64,000 nucleotides of DNA from an uncultured Actinomycetes bacterium (GTDB lineage Bacteria > Actinomycetota > Coriobacteriia > Anaerosomatales > CAVRZR01): the NCBI GenBank assembly GCA_963809535.1, contig CAWEJW010000003.1, forward strand, positions 116,031 through 180,030. Direction: 5' to 3'. The translations under genes and the position numbers were made by a program. Shown here piece by piece: positions 35,107 through 45,060 of the stretch. Position 1 is the stretch's first letter; the number at the start of each line of letters is the position of its first letter. The notes below the pieces were generated by a model that was not told the origin of the DNA, ran no database searches, and worked only from the letters and a program-made list of their open reading frames with translations.

Positions 35107-36966
35107 TTAGGCCACCCCCATGAGCCGGGCGGCGATGCCGCCGATGAGGAACGCGATGCTGACTGAGGATGCGAACAACCCGAGCATGTAGCCCCAGCCG
35201 CGCTCTTTCAAGACGACCATCGCCGACGCGATGCACGGGACGAAGAGCGTGATCGTGATCATGCCGACGAGTAGTTGCGCGTCCGTGAGATGCATGGTGA
35301 AGAAGCCCGCCGCTCCGAAGTCGCGGCGCACGAAGCCCATCACGAACGCCTGAGCCGCCTGCGCCGGAAGCCCGAGCCATCCCACGGTGAGCGGACGGGC
35401 CGCGCCGATGATCCACGTGAGCGCACCCGATACCTGCAGCAGCGATATGAGCGCTGCGCCCGCGAGGAAGAACAGCGCGACTTCCTTCATGAAGTGATAG
35501 ACCTTGACCCCGGTCTTGCGGACGACGTTGTCCAGCCGGGGCACCCTCAAGCTCGGAAGGTCGATGAGCAGGTCGGTCGAGGTCCCCGGCAGGACGCGGT
35601 TCAGCACGGTCCCGAGCGTCACGAAGATCACCAACAGGGAGACGAGGTAGGCGGCGGCATAGACCGGGCCGGTACGCGTCATGAGCGCTGCGATGACGGC
35701 GATCTGGGCCGAACAGGGCACTGCGATAGCCATGAGCGCCGTTGCGATGAAGCGCTCGCGCTTGCTCCCGAGGATCCGCGTCGTGAGCGTGCCCATCGTC
35801 ACGCAGCCGAACCCGAGAATGAGCGGGATGACCGCACGACCGTTGAGGCCCAAGGTCGTGAGTGAGCGGTCGGCCAGTGCGGCGATCCTCGGCAGGTATC
35901 CCGAGTCTTCGAGCAAGGACAGGAGCAGGTAGAAGCCGGTCACAAGCGGCAGTATCACACCGAGCAGATAGGTCGGCGTCATCGTGAGGATGCCGAATTC
36001 GCCGGCCAGCAGCGTGTAGACCCACGTGCCGGGAGTGGCGATCGACCCGACCAGGTGCTGCACGAACGGCACCCAGTATCCGAGCATGATCTTGCCCTCG
36101 GTGATGCCGACGAGCGATCCAGCGACGAGCTTTCCGAGCACGAGGTACATCCCGGCGAGCAGCACCACGAGCATGGGCACCCCTGTCAGCGGGTGCATCA
36201 TGGCGTGCGAGAGCTTGGTCGAGAACGACGCGCCGTGCAGCGACTCGGTGATGACGTGCCCGCAGATGTCGTCGACCCGATGCCGCCGCCGCGTATAGAT
36301 GTCGTCTCGCTGCGTGCCCGGACCGATCCCGTGACGACGCGACACGACTTCATCGCCCTCGAGCACCATGAGCGACTCTGCGCGCGATCCGACGCGAGAC
36401 GCCGTGAGGACGAGGTCGCACTCGAGCTCCGGGTCCGCATGGCCGGTGCGAGCCCTCTCCACGCTCGAAGCAAGCTCGTTCAAGCCGGCACCCGTGACCG
36501 CTACCGTCTCGACGACAGGAACGCCGAGCAGGTCTTCGAGCAGGTCCCTGTCCACCCCGACGCCTCGCTTGCGGGCCTCGTCGGCCATGTTCAGGGCGAC
36601 AACGAGCGACTTGCCCATGTCGATGAGCTGCAGCGTCAGGAATAGATCGCGCTCCAAGTGGACCGCATCCACCACGTTGATGACGACATCGCCTTCGAGG
36701 ATCACGTCACGCGCGACGGTCTCTTCGTCGTTGAAGGACGACACGCCGTACACGCCCGGCGTGTCCACGAGGTCGCGACCACCCATGCGCCCGCGGGTGA
36801 GCTCGACGGTAGTGCCTGGGAAGTTGCTGACGTCGACATAGGTGCCGGTCAGCGCGTTGAACACCACGGACTTGCCGACATTGGGATTGCCTGCGAGAAC
36901 AACCGTCTGGACACCCGGACGAGCCGCCACAACTGCGGAACCGTGGTGATGATCTCTCGAAGACAT
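35107..36966 (-). CDS. feoB: Ferrous iron transporter FeoB
   Basis: G domain VVLAGNPNVGKSVVFNALTG, DTPG, then a polytopic membrane domain. ATG 36966; the ORF-track N-terminal extension overlaps feoA and is rejected. Confidence 0.93.
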   Translation of the reverse strand: MSSRDHHHGSAVVAARPGVQTVVLAGNPNVGKSVVFNALTGTYVDVSNFPGTTVELTRGRMGGRDLVDTPGVYGVSSFNDEETVARDVILEGDVVINVVDAVHLERDLFLTLQLIDMGKSLVVALNMADEARKRGVGVDRDLLEDLLGVPVVETVAVTGAGLNELASSVERARTGHADPELECDLVLTASRVGSRAESLMVLEGDEVVSRRHGIGPGTQRDDIYTRRRHRVDDICGHVITESLHGASFSTKLSHAMMHPLTGVPMLVVLLAGMYLVLGKLVAGSLVGITEGKIMLGYWVPFVQHLVGSIATPGTWVYTLLAGEFGILTMTPTYLLGVILPLVTGFYLLLSLLEDSGYLPRIAALADRSLTTLGLNGRAVIPLILGFGCVTMGTLTTRILGSKRERFIATALMAIAVPCSAQIAVIAALMTRTGPVYAAAYLVSLLVIFVTLGTVLNRVLPGTSTDLLIDLPSLRVPRLDNVVRKTGVKVYHFMKEVALFFLAGAALISLLQVSGALTWIIGAARPLTVGWLGLPAQAAQAFVMGFVRRDFGAAGFFTMHLTDAQLLVGMITITLFVPCIASAMVVLKERGWGYMLGLFASSVSIAFLIGGIAARLMGVA

Positions 36967-36988
36967 GCCCGTGACTCCCTGCCCCCGC

Positions 36989-37318
36989 CTATGCGTGCGC
37001 GGCGGCCTCGCCGGCAGCTGGCTGCCCGGCTGCCCGGACGCGGATCCGCTTGGCCAAGCCGCGACCGACGGCGATCTCCTGGCGGCCGCTCTTGAGCACG
37101 AGCGGGCCGCCCGGAATGCGCGTGACGCAGGTGACGCAGGCGCCTTCGGCCATGCCGAAGCGCAGGCACTGGACCCGTGCGCGCTCATCGTCGACTCGAA
37201 CGATCTCGAGCTCGTCCCCGCGCCTCGCCTTGTCCAGCGAGCAGTACGCGCACGACGCACACTCGGCGGATACCGCGTCGTTCGGCCTCTCGACGTTCGT
37301 GTTGTCGCGTGTGCCCAC
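36989..37318 (-). CDS. feoA: FeoA domain protein
   Basis: GDELEIVRVDDERARVQCLRFGMAEGACVTCVTRIPGGPLVLKSGRQEIAVGRGLAKRIRV (SH3-like FeoA). GTG 37318 follows AAGGAG. Confidence 0.8.
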   Translation of the reverse strand: MGTRDNTNVERPNDAVSAECASCAYCSLDKARRGDELEIVRVDDERARVQCLRFGMAEGACVTCVTRIPGGPLVLKSGRQEIAVGRGLAKRIRVRAAGQPAAGEAAAHA

Positions 37319-37371
37319 GTTCACTCCTTGATATGGCTGACGCACGGTCGCACGTGCTCGACACTGCAGAG

Positions 37372-37387
37372 CTTAGTATATACTAAG
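37372..37387. promoter_or_regulatory. AT-rich perfect 16-bp palindrome CTTAGTATATACTAAG upstream of feoAB; candidate metalloregulator operator
   Basis: The only pure AT-rich palindrome in this GC-rich stretch. It contains TATACT (TAnnnT) and lies 54 nt upstream of the feoA start. Confidence 0.45.
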
Positions 37388-37493
37388 TCTATAGGCATGC
37401 ACACCCTATGCCAGAGTCACGCGCCGCTCCAGCAACGAATACGCGTCCGGCGCCGGCGCCGAATGTCTCGTCAGGTGCAGACGTGCTAGCCTT

Positions 37494-37603
37494 GTCGCGA
37501 AGGGGAGTAGCGCCCGGATCAGCGGGCGGCAGGCCGACATTCCCGGGTGAAGAGCCCCGGCCCTGCCCTCACGGTTCACCGTGACCGCAAGACCTTCGGC
37601 GAC
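37494..37603 (+). ncRNA. yybP-ykoY (Mn2+) riboswitch aptamer
   Basis: GCGAAGGGGAGTAGCGCCCGG ... GGCCGACATTCCC ... CCGCAAGACCTTCGGC matches the conserved GGGGAGUAGCG, UUGACAUA-like and CAAGACC blocks. P1 pairs GTCGCGAAGG with CCTTCGGCGAC. Confidence 0.8.
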
Positions 37604-37625
37604 GTGCCGGAGGTCTTTTGTGTTG
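37589..37625 (+). terminator. Riboswitch expression-platform terminator
   Basis: AAGACCTTCGG-CGACGTG-CCGGAGGTCTT followed by TTGTGTTG. The 5' arm overlaps the 3' strand of aptamer P1. The RBS GAGGAG follows. Confidence 0.65.
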
Positions 37626-37636
37626 AGGAGACGTGC

Positions 37637-40414
37637 ATGGCCGAAGTACCTGTAAGCGTCACCGCAGGCGAGGGTAGTGGCCCCGCCTTCCATTGCCTCA
37701 GCGTCGATGAAACGATCTCGCGCCTCGGTTCCGATTCCACTACGGGACTGGCCGAAGCCCGCGCGCTTGAACTGCTCGAGACGTACGGCCGCAACGAGCT
37801 GCGGCCCGCCGAGCGCACGCCGCGGTGGCGGATGTTCCTTGCTCAGTTCAACGACTTCATGATCTGGGTCCTGCTCGGCGCGGTCGCAATCTCGGCAATC
37901 GAGGGGCAGATCCCTGAGGCGATCGCGATCATGGCCATCCTCCTGCTCAACGGGGTGCTGGGGTTCGTGCAGGAGTTTCGAGCCGAGCAGGCGCTCGAGG
38001 CCCTCAAGCAGATGTCCGCGCCCACCGCCACGGTCATCCGCGACGGGCGTGAGCAGGAGGTGGAAGCCTCACTCCTCGTCCCGGGTGACCTCGTGTTGTT
38101 GGAGGCGGGGGACCGCATAGCCGCGGACGGCCGGCTCATCGAGACCGCCGCGCTCCAGACCGAGGAGGCGGCGCTCACCGGTGAGAGCGCGCCCGTGCAC
38201 AAGCGCGCGAGCGGTGTATGCGAAGAGGACTCCGCGCTCGGCGATCGCATGAACTCGGTGTTCGCGAGCACGGCGGTCGCGGTCGGTCGAGGTCGGTTCG
38301 TCGTCACCTCGACGGGGCAGGCCACCGAGGTAGGCCACATCGCCACGATGCTTTCCGAGCAGACCGAGGAGAAGACGCCCCTGCAGAACGAGCTGCAAAC
38401 GGTGGGCAAGACGATCGCGCTCATCGTCCTGGCCATCGCGGTCATCGTCTTCTTCGAGGAGGTCTGGCGGGCGTTTGCGGGCAGTGGCATGTCGCTCGCC
38501 GAGGCATTCTCCAGCGGCGCGTTCAGGGAAACGCTCACGCTTGCGTTGCTCGTGGCGATCTCGCTCGCGGTCGCGGCGATCCCCGAGGGCTTGCCCGCGA
38601 TCGTCACGGTCGCGCTCTCGCTCGGGGTGCGCACGATGGCCAGCCACAACGCCCTTGTGCGGAAGCTGCATGCAGTCGAGACGCTCGGCTCGACGACGTT
38701 CATCTGCTCGGACAAGACAGGCACGCTTACGCGCAACGAGATGGTCGTGCACGGGATCATCGCTGGGCTCGACCTCGCTGAAGTCCTGCCGGACTACGCG
38801 CTGCAGCCTGCCGAGCATCGGCTCGACGAAGATGACCTCCAGTTGCTGCTGGAGATAGCGAGCGCGTGTAACGACGCACACTACTCGGCTGACGGCGCTC
38901 TTCTGGGCGATCCCACTGAGACCGCACTCATCGTTGCCGCGGACCACATAGCCGGCAACCGCGTACGTCCTCGACGCGTCGCAGAGGTGCCATTCGACTC
39001 CGAACGCAAGCGGATGACCACCGTGCACGAGATCGAGGACCGGCGGGTCGCTTACCTCAAGGGCGGAACCGACGTCGTCCTCGGCTTGTGCACCCACGCG
39101 CGACTGCACGGCAACGTCGTCGACATGACCGAGGAACTGCGCTCCCGGCTCCACCAGATGAATGAAGCGCTCGCCTCGAGCGGCCACCGAACGCTCGCGT
39201 TCGCCATGCGCGAACTTGGCCGCGACATCGTTGCGGACGAATCGATCGAGCAGAACCTCACGTATGTCGGGATCATGGGACTCCTCGACCCGCCACGCGC
39301 AGAGGTTTCGGCGGCGATCGAGGAATGCCACCACGCCGGCATCAAGGTCGCCATGGTGACGGGGGACCACGCCCTTACGGCGCGGGCTATCGGCGATCAG
39401 ATCGGTCTGCTGGAAGGCGAGCGCATCGTGACCGGCCCGGAACTGGCCGTGATGTCCGACGACGATCTCTACGGCGTCGTCGAGGACATCCGCATCTACG
39501 CGCGCGTCAACCCCGAACACAAACTCCGCATCATTGGAGCGCTCAAGCGTCGCGGCGAGGTCGTCGCCATGACCGGCGACGGAGTCAATGACGCGCCCGC
39601 GCTCAAGAAGGCCGATATCGGCGTGGCCATGGGGCGCATCGGCACGGACGTGGCGCGCGAAGCTGCAGACATGGTGCTCGCCGACGACAACTTCGCGACG
39701 ATCGTGGAGGCCGTGCACCTCGGCCGTATCGTCTTCGACAACTTGCGCAAGTTCATTCTCTTCCTGCTCTCATGCAACATGAGCGAGGTCCTGATCGTCT
39801 TCACGACAGCGTTGTTCGCGCCATCGCCTGCACTATTGCCGCTGCAGCTCTTGTGGATCAACCTCGTCACCGACGGTCTGCCGGCGCTCGCACTTGGGGT
39901 GGATCCGGGATCGCCGAGCGTCATGGACCGTCCTCCGCGTGGGGCCGACGAGTCGATACTGACCCGGGAGCGACAGCTGCAGATCCTGTGGCAGGGCGCC
40001 CTGATCACCGTGGGGGCACTCGTGATGTATCTCGGGGCCAAGTCGGGCGTCATCGACGCCGACAGCGCTGCCCACGCGCAGACCATGCTCTTCACGACGG
40101 TCGTCCTCTCGCAGCTGCTTCACGCGTTCAGCTTCCGCTCGCGGACGCGCTCTGTCTTCACGGCCGAATCGCTCAAGAACCGTTGGCTCAATCTGGCGTT
40201 CGTCGGCTCATTGGGGCTCCAGGCGCTGGTTGTCTACGTGCCGGCCCTGCAGCGGGTGTTCCACACGCAGCCGCTGGACGGTCCCGATTGGCTTGCGGTC
40301 CTCGCTGCCGCGCTCGTACCCATGGCGCTCATCGACCTCACGAAAGTGCTGCTCGCCAGAAGACATGCACGGATACGTTCATCCGCTGCAAACATCCGTT
40401 CGTCAGGCGTATGA
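37637..40414 (+). CDS. P-type cation-transporting ATPase (type II, Ca2+/Mn2+-like)
   Basis: CSDKTGTLT phosphorylation site, [26 protein letters not shown], 10-TM layout. ATG 37637 follows GAGGAG. Confidence 0.93.
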   Translation: MAEVPVSVTAGEGSGPAFHCLSVDETISRLGSDSTTGLAEARALELLETYGRNELRPAERTPRWRMFLAQFNDFMIWVLLGAVAISAIEGQIPEAIAIMAILLLNGVLGFVQEFRAEQALEALKQMSAPTATVIRDGREQEVEASLLVPGDLVLLEAGDRIAADGRLIETAALQTEEAALTGESAPVHKRASGVCEEDSALGDRMNSVFASTAVAVGRGRFVVTSTGQATEVGHIATMLSEQTEEKTPLQNELQTVGKTIALIVLAIAVIVFFEEVWRAFAGSGMSLAEAFSSGAFRETLTLALLVAISLAVAAIPEGLPAIVTVALSLGVRTMASHNALVRKLHAVETLGSTTFICSDKTGTLTRNEMVVHGIIAGLDLAEVLPDYALQPAEHRLDEDDLQLLLEIASACNDAHYSADGALLGDPTETALIVAADHIAGNRVRPRRVAEVPFDSERKRMTTVHEIEDRRVAYLKGGTDVVLGLCTHARLHGNVVDMTEELRSRLHQMNEALASSGHRTLAFAMRELGRDIVADESIEQNLTYVGIMGLLDPPRAEVSAAIEECHHAGIKVAMVTGDHALTARAIGDQIGLLEGERIVTGPELAVMSDDDLYGVVEDIRIYARVNPEHKLRIIGALKRRGEVVAMTGDGVNDAPALKKADIGVAMGRIGTDVAREAADMVLADDNFATIVEAVHLGRIVFDNLRKFILFLLSCNMSEVLIVFTTALFAPSPALLPLQLLWINLVTDGLPALALGVDPGSPSVMDRPPRGADESILTRERQLQILWQGALITVGALVMYLGAKSGVIDADSAAHAQTMLFTTVVLSQLLHAFSFRSRTRSVFTAESLKNRWLNLAFVGSLGLQALVVYVPALQRVFHTQPLDGPDWLAVLAAALVPMALIDLTKVLLARRHARIRSSAANIRSSGV

Positions 40415-40487
40415 TGCTGTTCGTCACTCGCGGAAAGCCGCGACTCGGCGTCAGGGGATCGAAACCGGAATCAAGAGCCTGAAAGGC

Positions 40488-41246
40488 ATGCGCGTGACCT
40501 TGACCGACCAACAAGCGAGCGTGGTCCCGCCCGACACGACCGCCCACGAAGACATTGGGACGGGTGGCGATGACGCCGCTGCCGTACTCGCACATGAACT
40601 GCGCGGTCCTCTCGCAGTCGTGAACGGCTACCTCGACGTGCTGCGTCGTGCCGAAGACCAGGAAACCCGCGAGTACGCGTTGGGGGCCGCTCAGCGGGCC
40701 ATAGGGCGCATGGATGCGCTCATCGATGACGTGCTGGAGTCCGCGAGCGGGTCGCGCGCAGGCGAAGCCGCCCTGGAGACCATCGACCCCGTGGTTGTCG
40801 TGCGCACGCTCCTCGACGATGTGCCGTCCTACAGGAGGCGGGTGGAGTTCTCGAGCTCGTGCCGCTCTCGTGTTCGGGCCCGGGCGCTGACCCTCTCGCG
40901 GGCGCTCTCAAACGTCCTCGATAACGCGCTGAAGTTCTCGCCAGCCGCGACAACTGTCCATGTCATGCTGGTCGACGAAGACGCCGCGGTACGGTTCATC
41001 ATCGATGACGAAGGACCGGGCATCCCGTCGGACGAGGTACTCCGGCTCAGGCGGCGATTCGAAAGGCTCGACCGGGACGCCGCCGTCCCTGGCTACGGGA
41101 TGGGACTGGGCATCGCGGTCGAGATCGTCGAGGCGCTGGACGGCGAGGTCGTGCTCGGCAACCGGCCCGATGGGAAGGGCGCGCGAGTCGAGCTCTCTCT
41201 GCCAGTGGCGGCCGAGGACGAGGCGCCCACGGGCGTTAGCGGCTAG
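40488..41246 (+). CDS. Minimal soluble histidine kinase (DHp + HATPase only)
   Basis: H-box AHELRGPLAVVNGYLDVL; N box NVLDNALKF; DDEGPGI; GYGMGLGIAVEIV. No TM or sensor domain. No response regulator gene adjacent. Confidence 0.75.
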   Translation: MRVTLTDQQASVVPPDTTAHEDIGTGGDDAAAVLAHELRGPLAVVNGYLDVLRRAEDQETREYALGAAQRAIGRMDALIDDVLESASGSRAGEAALETIDPVVVVRTLLDDVPSYRRRVEFSSSCRSRVRARALTLSRALSNVLDNALKFSPAATTVHVMLVDEDAAVRFIIDDEGPGIPSDEVLRLRRRFERLDRDAAVPGYGMGLGIAVEIVEALDGEVVLGNRPDGKGARVELSLPVAAEDEAPTGVSG

Positions 41247-42229
41247 CGAGCGCTCCCTACATCCGAAGCGGACGAGTCCTCGAGAGCCCACATCACGAGT
41301 CTGAGACACAGGTCCGGGAACTCGATCCCCGCAGCGCGGGCGGCGTCCGGGAGCAGGCTGGTGGACGTCATGCCCGGGATCGTGTTGGTCTCCAGCAAGT
41401 ACACCTCACCGTCCTCGGTGACGATGTTGTCCGCTCGCGACATTCCCCGGCATCCAAGTACGCGGTGGGCCTCGACCGAGAGCCTCTGGCACTCCTCCCG
41501 CGCAGCCTCGCTGACGCGCGCGGGAATGATGTGGCGACTCATGCCTGGCACGTACTTGCTGTCGTAGTCGTAGAACTCGTGCTCCGGCACGACCTCGAGC
41601 GTCGGGAGCGCGAACGGCTCTCGCGTACCGAGGACGGCGACAGTGACCTCGACGCCGGGCACGAAACGTTCGACGAGTACCACTTCGTCGTATCTGAAGG
41701 CCTCTTCGATGGCCGCAGGCAACTCCTCCGGGGTGTGTGCGATCGTCACGCCGATGGCCGAGCCTTCGTTGGCCGGTTTGACCACGGTCTTCGGCCCCAA
41801 CTGCGCCGTGATGCTCTCAGCATCTCGTGCGTCGCCGACGCGGAGGACGATGTAGTCGGGCGATGCGATCCCCGCGTGTGCGAACAGGTGCTTCGAAATG
41901 ACCTTGTCCATGGCGGCGGCGCTGGCAAGAACGCCCGAGCCGACGTACGGCATGTCGAGCAGCTCGAGCAGGCCCTGGACCGTGCCGTCCTCACCGTAGC
42001 GGCCGTGAAGGGCGATGAAACACACGTCGGCGCCCGAGTCTTCGAGGCGGTGGATGAAGTCCGGGCTGCCTGCGTCGATCTCTACGACGTTGGCGCCGAG
42101 GGAGGCGAGCGCCTGCGACACTTGCTGACCCGTGTGCAGCGATACCTCTCGTTCCGCCGAGCGCCCGCCCATCAACACGGCGATGCGCAGATTCTCCGGT
42201 TCCACCGCGCTCTCCTTGCCGTCGCTCAT
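41243..42229 (-). CDS. ddl: D-alanine--D-alanine ligase
   Basis: RIAVLMGGRSAEREVSLHTG, ALHGRYGEDGTVQGLLE, ATP-grasp C-terminal LLETNTIPGMT. Confidence 0.93.
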   Translation of the reverse strand: MSDGKESAVEPENLRIAVLMGGRSAEREVSLHTGQQVSQALASLGANVVEIDAGSPDFIHRLEDSGADVCFIALHGRYGEDGTVQGLLELLDMPYVGSGVLASAAAMDKVISKHLFAHAGIASPDYIVLRVGDARDAESITAQLGPKTVVKPANEGSAIGVTIAHTPEELPAAIEEAFRYDEVVLVERFVPGVEVTVAVLGTREPFALPTLEVVPEHEFYDYDSKYVPGMSRHIIPARVSEAAREECQRLSVEAHRVLGCRGMSRADNIVTEDGEVYLLETNTIPGMTSTSLLPDAARAAGIEFPDLCLRLVMWALEDSSASDVGSAR

Positions 42230-42244
42230 CTCGTCCGGGTCCTC

Positions 42245-42982
42245 CTACAACGGCCGCCCGAGTCGGATCGTGTCGATGATGAGAAGTACGGCCCACCATA
42301 TCGCGACACCGCACAGCGTCGCGAGCGCACCACGAAGCAGGCTGTCCGTGAAGAGTCCCGCGTGTGGGGCGCCGCGATTGCCCAGCAGCAACGCGAGCCA
42401 CACGACGAGGATGAGGAGGGGGCCGATCGCAGTCAGGCCCAGCCCAACCACCACGACCGTCCTGTAGAGCTCCGTGCCGAACACCGGAAGCCCGATCGAG
42501 GGCTGCGTCAGGAGCCATGCAGCCGCGATGCCCCCAGCAATCCACAGCACCAGGTACGCAAGGAACGGCCAGGCCGGGACGCGAGCTCGGCTCGGCATCA
42601 CGTCTTCGGCCGACGGAGCCGGTTCGTCCCGGGGCTCCACCGGCGTCTGGGCTTCGGCGCCCTCCCCAGGAACGTCCAGCGGCCCGGTCGCCTCTTCGGC
42701 TTCCACGACGGCGGGAAGCTCGGGTGCGCCGGCCACGTCGACCGCCGGCGCCCCGTTGGCGTCTCCGACCGCCGCGGCCTCTACGGCAGGAGGAACGTCT
42801 TCAGAGGTCGGCGCCGCTTCGGAGCCCTCGGCCTCCAGGGAGGCGACGATCTCCAAGACGTCAGACGGTGGTCCGTCGGCGACAGGCGTCGGCGGGAAAT
42901 CGGCGGTCTCGGCGGTCTCGGAGTCGGTCGGATCGGACAGCATGGAATCCTCAGGAAGTGTGCTTGTTTCGTGCATTCTCAC
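42245..42982 (-). CDS. Membrane protein with an acidic Pro/Ala/Glu-rich N-terminal region
   Basis: About 130 low-complexity residues followed by 4 TM helices. No family recognised. Confidence 0.6.
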   Translation of the reverse strand: MRMHETSTLPEDSMLSDPTDSETAETADFPPTPVADGPPSDVLEIVASLEAEGSEAAPTSEDVPPAVEAAAVGDANGAPAVDVAGAPELPAVVEAEEATGPLDVPGEGAEAQTPVEPRDEPAPSAEDVMPSRARVPAWPFLAYLVLWIAGGIAAAWLLTQPSIGLPVFGTELYRTVVVVGLGLTAIGPLLILVVWLALLLGNRGAPHAGLFTDSLLRGALATLCGVAIWWAVLLIIDTIRLGRPL

Positions 42983-43050
42983 ACATCGGTACCGCGTCTG
43001 CTCTTAGGATGAGCGCATAGCGCTGCGTCTAGCTGACACGACGAGGTGGA

Positions 43051-44400
43051 GTGATGGACGACCTGAATACAGAGTATCAGCCCGTGCCGGGAGACGCGCC
43101 GCCAGCCGCGGCGCCCCCGGTGTATACGCCGCCCTCAGGGAACTACCTGTCTGCGCCACCGCCGTACTACAGTGCGGGCCAGCAGGTGCCCGTAGCCGAG
43201 CCTCCCGTCGGACCCCCGGCGGCGCCAGCAAGAAGCACTGTCGGCGTGGCGGTGGTCGTCGCGATCGTTGCCGCGCTCATCGTCGGCACGCTCGCCGGAG
43301 TGGCCGCAGGATTCGCCGGCGCTCGGCTAGCCGGCGGCCGGTTGATCCTCACACCCGCGAAGATCACGGTCGTTCCCTCTACGACGAGCGAACCGGTCGT
43401 TGCCGCGTCGGCTGCGGCCGTGCCGAGCGTCGTCAACATCGACATCACCGAAGCGACCTCAACCGGCTCCGGAGACGGCAGCCTGCCACAGGGGCACCCG
43501 AGCGTTCCCGTCACCGGCAACGGATCCGGTGTCGCGTACAAGGAAGCGTCGGGTGGCGGCACGTACATCCTCACGAACGATCACGTGGTCGCGAACGCCA
43601 GCAAGATCGTCGTACGGGACGCATCGGGGGCCAAGCACACGGCGACCCTGGTTGGAACAGATCCGGAGACTGACATCGCGGTAGTCAAGATCTCCGACAC
43701 GGTCCCGACGATCCAGCTCGGTGATTCCGACAAGCTGAACGTAGGGCAGCTCGTTGTCGCCATCGGCTCTCCCTACGGGCTTGAGCATTCTGTGACCTCC
43801 GGCGTCGTCTCCGCGATTGGACGATCGCTGCCTGACTTCTCCGCCAACACGTCCGGCGTGTACCCGCTGGTTAACGTCATCCAGACTGACGCCGCGATCA
43901 ACCCGGGCAACTCTGGCGGGGCTTTGGTGGACCGCACCGGGCTGCTCGTTGGCATCAATACCGCCATCTACAGCGACTCCGGCTCGAACGGCGGCATTGG
44001 TTTCGCGATCCCCGTGAACACGGCGAAGCGTGTGGCCGACTCGCTCATCGCCGGCGGCAACGTCGAGCACCCGTTCCTCGGCATCGTCGGTGAGACCGTC
44101 GACGAGCAGCTCGCCAAGCAGGAGAACCTCACCGTCACAGAAGGAGCGCTCGTCGTCGACCTCACGCCCGGAACAAACGCGGTGAAGGCGGGCATCAAGA
44201 AGGGCGACGTGATCGTCTCTCTCGGAGGCAAGCCGATTCGATCGATGGACGACCTGCTGTTGCAGGTCAGGCAGCATGGCGTGGGCGAGACGGTGGAGGT
44301 CAAGCTCATTCGCGATGGCAAGGAGTTGACGTTGACCATGACAGTTGGCGCCAAGCCGGCGAATCTGGGAAGCGTCGAGACAACGCCGACCCAGCAATAG
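43051..44400 (+). CDS. HtrA/DegP-type serine protease with a PDZ domain
   Basis: Pro-rich N-terminus plus TM; trypsin-like core with TNDHV, DIAVVKI and GNSGGALVD; C-terminal PDZ (KKGDVIVSLGGKPI). Confidence 0.9.
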   Translation: MMDDLNTEYQPVPGDAPPAAAPPVYTPPSGNYLSAPPPYYSAGQQVPVAEPPVGPPAAPARSTVGVAVVVAIVAALIVGTLAGVAAGFAGARLAGGRLILTPAKITVVPSTTSEPVVAASAAAVPSVVNIDITEATSTGSGDGSLPQGHPSVPVTGNGSGVAYKEASGGGTYILTNDHVVANASKIVVRDASGAKHTATLVGTDPETDIAVVKISDTVPTIQLGDSDKLNVGQLVVAIGSPYGLEHSVTSGVVSAIGRSLPDFSANTSGVYPLVNVIQTDAAINPGNSGGALVDRTGLLVGINTAIYSDSGSNGGIGFAIPVNTAKRVADSLIAGGNVEHPFLGIVGETVDEQLAKQENLTVTEGALVVDLTPGTNAVKAGIKKGDVIVSLGGKPIRSMDDLLLQVRQHGVGETVEVKLIRDGKELTLTMTVGAKPANLGSVETTPTQQ

Positions 44401-44454
44401 GTCAGTGCAGTAGTAGGTCAGTGCCTTTCGACCCTCGTCATCGTGACGGGCAAT

Positions 44455-44492
44455 GAAAAGAGGCCCCGGCGTGATCGCCGGGGCCTCTTTGA
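44455..44492. terminator. Bidirectional rho-independent terminator between convergent genes
   Basis: Perfect 14-bp stem AAGAGGCCCCGGCG/CGCCGGGGCCTCTT, loop TGAT, with an A tract upstream and a T tract downstream. Confidence 0.7.
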
Positions 44493-44510
44493 TGAGTGTG
44501 TCAGACCGCC

Positions 44511-44816
44511 TTAGGCAGGTGTCACCTTGCGGCTCGCAAGGATGCCCCAGGCAACGATCCCGAGACTGGCTACCAGGCCCAGGACCGCATAGGCCAGGTT
44601 CGGAAGGTCGCCAGCCTTGGCCCACTCCGTCGACGCCTTGGCCTCGGCGGCGGTGGCATCGGGGGGCGCGGTGGGATAGACGATCAGCGCGCCGGCCGTG
44701 GCAGTAGAGGTGACCGAGGTCGTCTTCGGAGTCGCCTCGGTGGCGAGCGCAAGGGCAGGCAACGCGAGCGTGACCACGATGAGCAGACAGACGAGCAGGA
44801 ACACTACGCGCTTCAT
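44511..44816 (-). CDS. Small exported protein with a C-terminal TM anchor
   Basis: Signal peptide MKRVVFLLVCLLIVVTLALPALALA, Thr/Ala-rich middle, C-terminal hydrophobic helix plus RK. Confidence 0.55.
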   Translation of the reverse strand: MKRVVFLLVCLLIVVTLALPALALATEATPKTTSVTSTATAGALIVYPTAPPDATAAEAKASTEWAKAGDLPNLAYAVLGLVASLGIVAWGILASRKVTPA

Positions 44817-44937
44817 CTAATGACCTCCGGCATTGCGGGGCCGCTGTCCTCGGGCGGCCGTACGAGCCAGAAGATACCACAGACGCGTCCGGGAGCGCCT
44901 CCCCTCGCGCAAGCGGGGCTCGGCCGCATCGTGGCAA

Positions 44938-44959
44938 TGTCGCGCGGCAACACTAGGCT
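44938..44959 (+). promoter_or_regulatory. Possible fourth TGTC..-N8-TAnnnT promoter (TGTCGCGC-N8-TAGGCT) upstream of rubrerythrin
   Basis: Same spacing and the same -10 (TAGGCT) as the dinG site, but only TGTCG is conserved in the upstream block. About 100 nt from the start codon. Confidence 0.3.
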
Positions 44960-45060
44960 GATCCGTGCGTGCTCCGCCACGTCCACATACCCGTGCGCAC
45001 GCGAGCGAGGGATAGTACGCTTGCCAGACGAAGGACAACCACGGGAGGGACGGTGTAGGT

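Noticed and set aside
44398-44424. Direct repeat TAGGTCAGTGC x2 (period 16) containing GGTCAGTG, the upstream block of the dinG promoter motif.
   Set aside because: No TAnnnT follows at N8. It sits between convergent gene ends just before a terminator, so there is nothing to transcribe. Probably a small duplication at the htrA stop.
44511-44600. Possible sortase signal (LPNLA + hydrophobic helix + RK) at the C-terminus of the 101-aa exported protein.
   Set aside because: LPNLA does not match LPxTG/LAxTG/LPxTA, and no sortase gene is in the window. Treated as a plain TM anchor.
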